From Octopus sinensis (Eukaryota): DNA of 64,000 bases. The notes beneath the pieces are model-generated. The model made no database searches. It was given only the letters and a program-made list of their open reading frames with translations, and had not been told where the DNA came from. This document shows positions 56,114 to 64,000 of the stretch, piece after piece (position 1 is the stretch's first letter; every line of letters begins with the position of its first letter). A program made the translations under genes and the position numbers. The DNA lies in NCBI RefSeq assembly GCF_006345805.1, contig NC_043013.1, positions 39,432,001 through 39,496,000 on the forward strand, written 5' to 3'.

Positions 56114-58462
56114 GACACAGCGCACGCACACACACACGTGCGTGTGTGTGTGAGACTCTGTGTCTGCGTTCGTTAACTTATGTAAGAGTATACATGTGTA
56201 TTCCTATTTATCTGTGTGCATACATATTTATATATAAATATCTGTGAGCCTATGTAAATAAAAACATGTTTGTATATATGTACGTGTGCATAAGTATATA
56301 TTTGAGAAAAATTATCAATATATCTTGAGTGTTGAAAATCCATATTACTTGCAACTGTAGATAGCACTGTATTTAAATTCATGTACTGCTTACATTGTTC
56401 AATTAAATTGAGCCCCTTGAAACGATCGTATTGCACTAATACTTGATATCCTGTTACTTAATTTGATGATATATATGTATATATTAGAGGGAAAAGATCA
56501 ACAAAACGTAGGTAGGACGAGTATCTCAAGCCGTTTAGAATAATAATTAGGGTACGGTGAATTTGAAGTGTTTCAGCTGTTTCTGCGATATCCCAAGTGA
56601 CAAGCTAGCGTGTCCGTATACTGGGTGTTCGGTCATCAGAGACAGAGTGAGTATGTATGAAAGTTCTAGACAGGGAAATTCATAGTTTTATAAGGAATAA
56701 AACAGAAGAATAAAGAGTAAATGTAGACAGAAGAATACAGACAGGAGAATTAAGTTCACAGTTCATCGCTTTCGAGAGGGTATGAGATTATACCTAAGAG
56801 CCTATACGGTCCAACCTCCAGACCCTCTGGAAGAAGATGAGTAATCCCAGGTATTTTATTCCTTATAAACTGTGAACCTCCCTGTTCACAACTTTCCAAC
56901 ATACCTTACTCCGATGACGGAATACCCAGTGTACAGGCATGCTAGCCTATCACATGGAATAACCCAGAAACAGCTGTAAGACTTCAAATTCATTCACCTT
57001 ACTCTAATTAAATTATTCTAAATTACTTGAGTTACTCATCCTACCTTGGTTTTTGTTGTTCTTTTCCCTCTAATATATACCTACTAACATACGTGCCAAA
57101 TACTGATCCCTAGTTCCAGCCTCAGCTGTGAACTTGGAACCAAACGGATGACCAGTTATAGCACTTACCCAGCGTATCTATATGCTTAGATCACTAGTGA
57201 ACTAAACCCCTCATATTCTCTCTCCCTCTCTCAAATTATGCATATATATGCGTGTGTGTGTGTGTGTGTGTGTATACGTTTATGAATTTGTGTTCCAAGA
57301 TTCCTGATGTGAAACCGTGTGTTGAAACAGATTCTGTTGTATTTCGATATGGTTTTTTCTCTTTTTGCCAAATAAACACACGCTCTATATATTTGGAGCA
57401 GACACGGAGGGAAAGTATTTCTCAATGTACATACCTGTACCTGCTTCCTGGATCTTCAGTAATATATGAAACACTGAAATGAGAAGAGAAAATATATAGA
57501 AATAAAATATGTAATTACCAAATAGCCGCTCAACTACGTTCGAAGGGCTATAACGTCTAGTAATAGTGAATTGGGATTTATTCAGTAAGAGGAACTGGTT
57601 TCTTTTCTAATTCTAAATATATATATTTGAATTCGTATTCACAAAGAATTTCTAGTGAGGTTAGGATAGCATTGATTTTAATATGTTGTTGTTTTTTGGG
57701 TTTTTTTTTATAGTAAGAAGATTAAATTTAATGAGTTTAGCAAAATATATTTGTTTGAATCTATCATTTCTTTATATTTATAAGGCGCAGGAGTGGCTGT
57801 GTGGTAAGTAGCTTGCTAACCAACCATATGGTTACCGATTCAGCCCCACCGCCTTGCACCTTGTTTCTAGAATTGCGGAGATCGATAGAGTATCTTCTGG
57901 TTTTGCTGAAGGACGATCATTGTTAGTTTCTCGGTTTAATGTATATGTGTAATATGGGGCGGTAGTGCTTGTGTTGTTACCTATAACAGAGTATGGAAAT
58001 ATTTCTAAACCGCCCCCTCATGGCTACATAACACCCTCAGCGCCCCCTCTATTTTTATATATAAATAAATATATTGTATTTTACTAATTTATATATATAC
58101 TATGAATCGTTTGATATTTAATAGTATATAATTTGTATACAATTGAGACTCCCTTCGGTCATGACTGACCGTGGGATTGCACCTAGAAAGTTACCCTCCC
58201 AGGCACAAGTCCGGGCAAGGTTGTTTATAGAAGGCGAGCGGTCGCCCCTACGAGCCGTCTTCTCCTCTCGTTAGCGGTTCGGTTGCTGAGGGTTTTATTC
58301 ATTCGAGTCCGTACCAGTTATCTTCACTGGTCGTTGTAATTATTATTGTATTTAATTTGAAAACGACGATGATTTTTATAGTGTGTTTTTCTAAATAAGC
58401 CTATTTTTATTTTTAAAAAAAGACAAGATATATTTGAAGAGCAAATTATTATTAATTGCAGA

Positions 58463-59172
58463 CTAGCTTAAAGTGACCCGCTCTACGCGCGGGTGAATGT
58501 GTGGTTGTTACTTTCTGTTGCTTCCTTTCTGTTTCTTATCGTCACATTCTCCCTCTTCGTTTCTCTCTCCTTTCTCTCTCACTTTCCCACTCTCTTACTC
58601 TTCCCTTCTCACGGACTCTCCCTCGCTTTCTCTTACGCGTGCGCGTAAAATCACAAAAATAATTCAAAGTTACTTAAAATTTTGTGAAATGTGATACATT
58701 TTTCTAGTATATTTTGACGGTTCATGATGCAAATGAAGGCTAAAATTTTGGCCTTTAACACAATGCCATTTTTACTCATGTCAATCAAATAATGCAAACA
58801 GAAAATAATTAAATCTAAAAATAGAGCAAAAATGTACTCTTTTTAAAATTTGAAAAATTTTACCCCCTTTCCAAATCCCCCAAACTTTTACACCCACAAT
58901 TAAAGATACACAAAAAGTGACCATTATTCAAACAGCGCAACCTGTCTATCCTATAAAACTCACTTTTTCCCATATTCCTCACCATAGCAACCAAACGGTA
59001 GTCCTGAGCAACTTGCAACCTTCCTCACACAATTGCACACCCCATTTTACCCCCAGTGTAAATTTTGGCGCCAATCCGACCACATCTACCCTTAAACCGT
59101 TCCCAACCTAAAATGAGACAAACAACCAAGAAATCAAACAACATTTTTGCATTTTAGCTTTATAGATATTGA
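58463..59172 (-). mobile_element. Complete ~710-bp non-autonomous Helitron
   Basis: Minus strand A|TCAATATCTATAAAG ... cccgcgcgtagagcggg hairpin ... CTAG|T; AT target without TSD; 3' region homologous to 45370-45769. Confidence 0.75.
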
Positions 59173-59557
59173 TTAACAGGTTTGTCGGGATGGGGTAAGT
59201 CGATTACATCGACTCCAGTAATCAAATGCTACTTATTCTATCGACCTCGAAAGGATGAAGGGCAAACTCGGTCCCGGCGACATTTGAAATCAGAACGTAA
59301 AGACGGACGAAATGAAGCTAGGCATTTTGCCCGGATGATAACGAATTTGCTTCAGCCATGCTGGGTCACCGCTTTGAAGAATATTATATCGAATGAATCG
59401 GCGTCAGTACTTTTCTAATTGTTAAACCTGGAACTTATTCTATCGGTCTCTTTGGCCGATCCGCTAGGTTTCGAGAATGTAAGCACACCACAGAGGTCGT
59501 CAAGCAGTGGTGGGGGACAAACACACATACACACACATATGTATATATATATATATA

Positions 59558-59774
59558 TCTTATTATAAAAGGCAGATTTTATCTGCCTCCCTTTGTCTCT
59601 TATAGAAATCTACAATATAGGATTTCTTCAATTACAATTTACCTAGCATTTTTAAGTGTAGAATACATCGGGTCGTGCCAGGTACAGTTTTTCAAATTTC
59701 ACCCCCAATTAAGCAAAATTTCGAGAAAACTCACATTGTGGTGTGTAACTGAAGTGCTTTTCTTAGTGTGGGCT

Positions 59775-59810
<36 letters not shown>

Positions 59811-60219
59811 GAGCGAAATGCTTCACTCACGCTATCACCCTAATTTCTCCTCCTTTCTCTTTGCAAGTGTGCAACGATTAAAGTGAAAGTATTTATATAA
59901 AACGAGAGAAGTGTACCTTAAACCACTACTAAAAAAAAAACAAAAACACAGCAAACAGAAACAAATAAATACATAACGATTTACTCCTCACACAATTTCT
60001 TCAATTAGAGTTTACCTATGATTTTTCAAAGTACTTCCATTCGGTCATGGCATACAAAATTTCTTTCAATTTCACCCCCATTTCAGAAAAAATTCGAGAA
60101 AACTAAATATTTTACCATTTCACTCTTTCACTCTGCATATTACTCCCACTTCCTCTTTACACACATAGACACGCAAATATATAAATAAAATTGTAAGCTA
60201 ACGTGTGTGTGTGTGTGTG

Positions 60220-60258
<39 letters not shown>

Positions 60259-60550
60259 GTGCGTGTGTGTCTGTGTGTGTGCGTGTGTGTGAGTGTGTGA
60301 CAGGGATGAGCCAGTCAGACTGCTCATCATTTTTGCTAGAAGATCACCCATGGTATTTTATGCTACACCACTGGTTTTCAGTTCATATTAATCAAATTAA
60401 TATTCACAACAAGAAGGACTATTCATTATAATACATCAGTTCCACACATTTACCCTGGTTCCATTTCGGACAAATGCACAAACATTTGCCATTTCACACA
60501 TGTATGTAAACAAATTCCTTTCTTAAAAATTTCAATTCATTTTCTTTTTC
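59558..60550 (+). mobile_element. Helitron-like 5' region
   Basis: A|TCTTATTATAAAAGGCAG start resembling the other Helitron 5' ends; leads into the 165-bp tandem array. Confidence 0.45.
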
Positions 60551-60554
60551 AATT

Positions 60555-61075
60555 CATACAAAGTATTTTAGGACGAATATAAGATCTAAAGTATATCCAA
60601 GTAGCTGAAAGATCGCCCAAAAGTGTATATAGATATTTAAATGTATTTATATATTCATCTATACTCAGATGTATGTATAATGTGTGTGTATATATTTCCA
60701 TAGAGGTAACCTTTCACTCCATACAAAGTTATTTAGGACGAATATAAGATCTAAAGTATATCCAAGTAGCAGAAACATCGCCTAAAAGTGTATATAGATA
60801 TTTAAATGTATTTATATATTCATCTATACACAGATGTATATATAATGTGTGTGTATATATTTCCATAGACGTAACCATTCACTCCGCACAAAGTTTTTTA
60901 GGACGAAAATAAGATCTAAAGTTATCTCTAATTAGCACAAAGATCGCCCAAAAGTGTATATAGATATAAAAATGTATTTATATATTCATCTATGCACACA
61001 TGTATGTATAACGTGTGTGTATATATTTCCATAGAGGTAACCATTCACTCCATACAAAGTTTTTTAGGACGAAAA
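60555..61075 (+). repeat. 165-bp tandem repeat (3+ units; one more at 61692-61857)
   Basis: The anchor ggacgaa recurs at 60571, 60736, 60901 and 61067. Confidence 0.92.
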
Positions 61076-61691
61076 TCTCAATATATAAAACTGTAGTTGT
61101 GTGAGTGTCTGTCCCCTTCGATTTAGATTCCTAACTACTCCCACATTTTGCGGTGCAGTTTAACCAAATTTTAGGACGAAAATATTTATATATAAAAGAA
61201 AGGTTGTGTGTCTGTCTACTCCGATTTAGATTCCTAACTACTCCCACATTTTGCGATGCAGTTTAACCCAAACCGGGTATCTTATAGTCGTGATTCATAT
61301 CGAGCCCGTCTGGCTATTAGCGCGCGTCTACGATGAGTCTATGATTTTAAAAATAATTTAACATCATTTTTTATTCCATTTTAATGCATAATTTTTCGTG
61401 TGTCGATGGCGGCGGAGTTGGCGTCCATGGTCACACCTGCACCTGTTTGCTTCTCTCCCTTCTTCCCTCCCTCGTGAAGCTGTGGGGAAGGGAGTGTAAG
61501 GAAATCAACGTCGTAAAGCGTTGTCAAGGAGACCAGCGTTCTTTTAGAACAACGACTTCATGGCTTGAAGACACCAAACCAGAAATGGCTAAGAAAGCCC
61601 GAATTGGCATCTATAAGGGAAGTAACTCTCTAAAAATGCTTATATAGTTATTTCCCTTACAAACCCGAGCAACGCCGGGCGATACTGCTAG
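61076..61691 (+). mobile_element. Non-autonomous Helitron inserted in the 165-bp repeat
   Basis: gaaaa|TCTCAATATATAAAA ... cccgagcaacgccggg hairpin ... CTAG|taagatct; the repeat unit resumes exactly after the insertion. Confidence 0.82.
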
Positions 61692-61857
61692 TAAGATCTA
61701 AAGTTATCTCTAAGAAACAGAAAGATCGCCCAAAAGTGTATATAGATATTTAAATGTATTTATATATTCATCTATACACACATGTATGTATAATGTGCGT
61801 GTATATATTTCCATAGAGGTAACCATTCAATCCATACAAAGTTTTTTAGGACGAAAA

Positions 61858-62701
61858 TATTTATATATAAAAGAAAGGTTGTGTGTCTGTCTACTCCGAT
61901 TTAGATTCCTAACTACTCCCACATTTTGCGATGCAGTTTAACCCAAACCGGGTATCTTATAGTCGTGTTTCATATCGAGCCCTTCTGGGTATTAGCGCGC
62001 GTCTACGATGAGTCTACGATTTTACAAATAATTTACCATCATTTTTTTCCATTTTAATGCATATTTCTTTAAATAAAGGGAAGTAACTCTCAAACTTCAC
62101 ACCAATATGCGTGCTCATATGCGACGTAATATCACATCAGCAGCATTTCCTCACACCCTCCTTGCACTTGGCGAAGGCAAAATACCAGGGTATGAAAATG
62201 GTAATATTGCCATCGATTCCATTTGTACCATTAAGACGCCTTCTGATCTCAGAGATGCAGTGTTCCCAGATCTACAAGCTAATTATCAGAATATGGATTG
62301 GATTTGCAAAAAGGCTATACTGGCCCCGAGGAATAAAACTGTTCGCCATATTAATGATGAAATGCTAAAACTCATTCCTGGGGAAGTCTATGTATATCAG
62401 TCTATCGATACAACTCCTGACCCAGAGGACGTCATCGACTATCCAATAGAGGTACTCAATTCCTTTGAGCACCACGGACTACCACCACACTTTCTCAAAC
62501 TTAAAGTTGGTGCCCCTATAATGCTCATCAGAAATTTGGTTCCCCCAAAACAATGCATTGGCACACGTTTGATCGTTAAGTCCTTATCTCCCACCGTAAA
62601 CTTATATCAATATTTGCCTGAATAATCATCATAATTCAGTGCAATCATTAACAGTACTTTCAAGCAATTCAGCCCCGAGCAACGCCGGGCAATTCTGCTA
62701 G
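61858..62701 (+). mobile_element. Deleted Helitron retaining a PIF1-like helicase fragment (about 62140-62610)
   Basis: LLALGEG, WICKKAILAPRN..V..IN, YQSIDT, LPPHFLKLKVGAPIMLIRNL.P...GTRL: PIF1/RepHel motifs. The 5' part duplicates 61183-61385; the 3' end is a hairpin plus CTAG|T. Confidence 0.9.
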
Positions 62702-62815
62702 TATATATATATATATATATACATACGTACACACATGCATATATATATACATACATACATACATACATACATACATACATACATACATACATACATACAT
62801 ACATACATACATACA

Positions 62816-62851
<36 letters not shown>

Positions 62852-64000
62852 TATATATACGTACGTCGGACTTCTTTCAGTTTCAATTTCTCCCTACAAA
62901 ATCCACTTACAAGGTTTGACCAGTACTTGCCCAAGGTACCACGTAGTGAGACTGAACCCTAGACAATGTGGTTGGGAAGCAAGCTTCTTACTAGAAGCTC
63001 TGCACCAAGAAATATTTGCTATTATAAAGTGGATTCTTTACGTGTTTTTAAACACGAGCATGTTTAGTTCATTGAAAAAATTCATTCTAATATTAAAATT
63101 ATTAATGGAGTATTATTTCACATCCTGTCGTCCTTTGATTTATTTATTTGTGAAATTTTTTTTTTTATTTGTGTCTTGTTTAACTTTTCAGATATTGATA
63201 GGTACTGTTCCTACTATACTTCATTTATTGAATATTCCTTTAATTCTGCTATTCACAGTTATGGGAGAATCCTGAACGTTACAACGTGACTGAAGATGAA
63301 CTAACCGATTACAATAGATAAGATCTGAAGGCGGCGAGCTGAGAGAAACGTTAGCACGCCCGGCGAAATGCTTACCGGTATTTCGTCTGCCGCTACGTTC
63401 TGAGTTCAAATTCCGCCGAGGTCGAGGGGACAGATTAAATAACTAGAAATGCGTACAATAATGTATACCTTGTGCATGCATACAGTAATATACCTACAGT
63501 TATCGATATATGCATCCAAGGATATATACATACATGACTACAAGCATATATATATAGATATATACAATTATCGATGTATGCATGCGTGAACATATGCATG
63601 CGAGTTTGAAATTATGTATGCGTGTTAGTTTTATAGCTTTTGAGTGTGCGTGCGCGTATTCGTTCGCATCACTGCTTCCATATTCTTTTCATAAGATTTA
63701 CTGAACTGATTTGTCTTAATCACCATCGGCTATTTAATCAATTAAAAACAAAAGAAGTTCAGCAAAATAAGATCGGAAGCTCGAGTTCTGGGACACTTTC
63801 ACATTTCTTTGAAGTGAATCCTGAAGCGGAAATATCTTCTTTGTAAAATTACATGTCAAAAAGACAAACAAATTTGTTTGAGGAAGGTCGATCGACATTT
63901 TCAGAGCTAATTCCATACTAAACAATAACGGAAACAAAACTATATACATGTGTGTGTTTATGTATGCATCTATGTAATCTATGCATGTATATTATATATA

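Noticed and set aside
60555-61857. CRISPR-like array
   Set aside because: Units are contiguous 165-bp tandem repeats without unique spacers, in a eukaryotic context.
63259-63321. Plus-strand exon-like stretch LWENPERYNVTEDELTDYNR* after tattcacag
   Set aside because: Only 20 codons, with no recognisable homology or partner exons.

Overview
AT-rich, microsatellite- and SINE-dense animal genomic DNA. The repeat content looks like a coleoid cephalopod (Octopus-like); this is inference. One 100-N gap lies at 43700-43799. The main gene is on the minus strand: eight hand-assembled exons (37610 to 7061, all GT-AG, frames continuous, 447 codons plus stop) encode the ectodomain of an SLC3/rBAT-like GH13 protein whose catalytic nucleophile and acid/base residues appear replaced. 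Its first two expected exons are not visible in the window. Upstream on the same strand are two phase-1 exons encoding PAN/apple domains (55323-55078 and 51301-51051/51068). The rest is mobile DNA: several tRNA-derived SINE families, R4/Dong-type RLE LINE fragments mostly embedded in (TAA)n, Penelope-like remnants with type I hammerhead-ribozyme motifs, Tx1- and RTE-like LINE pieces, mariner and hAT-like transposase relics, non-autonomous Helitrons (one with a PIF1 helicase fragment, associated with a 165-bp tandem repeat), MITE-like hairpins and many microsatellites. All coordinates were read by hand; repeat boundaries are approximate.
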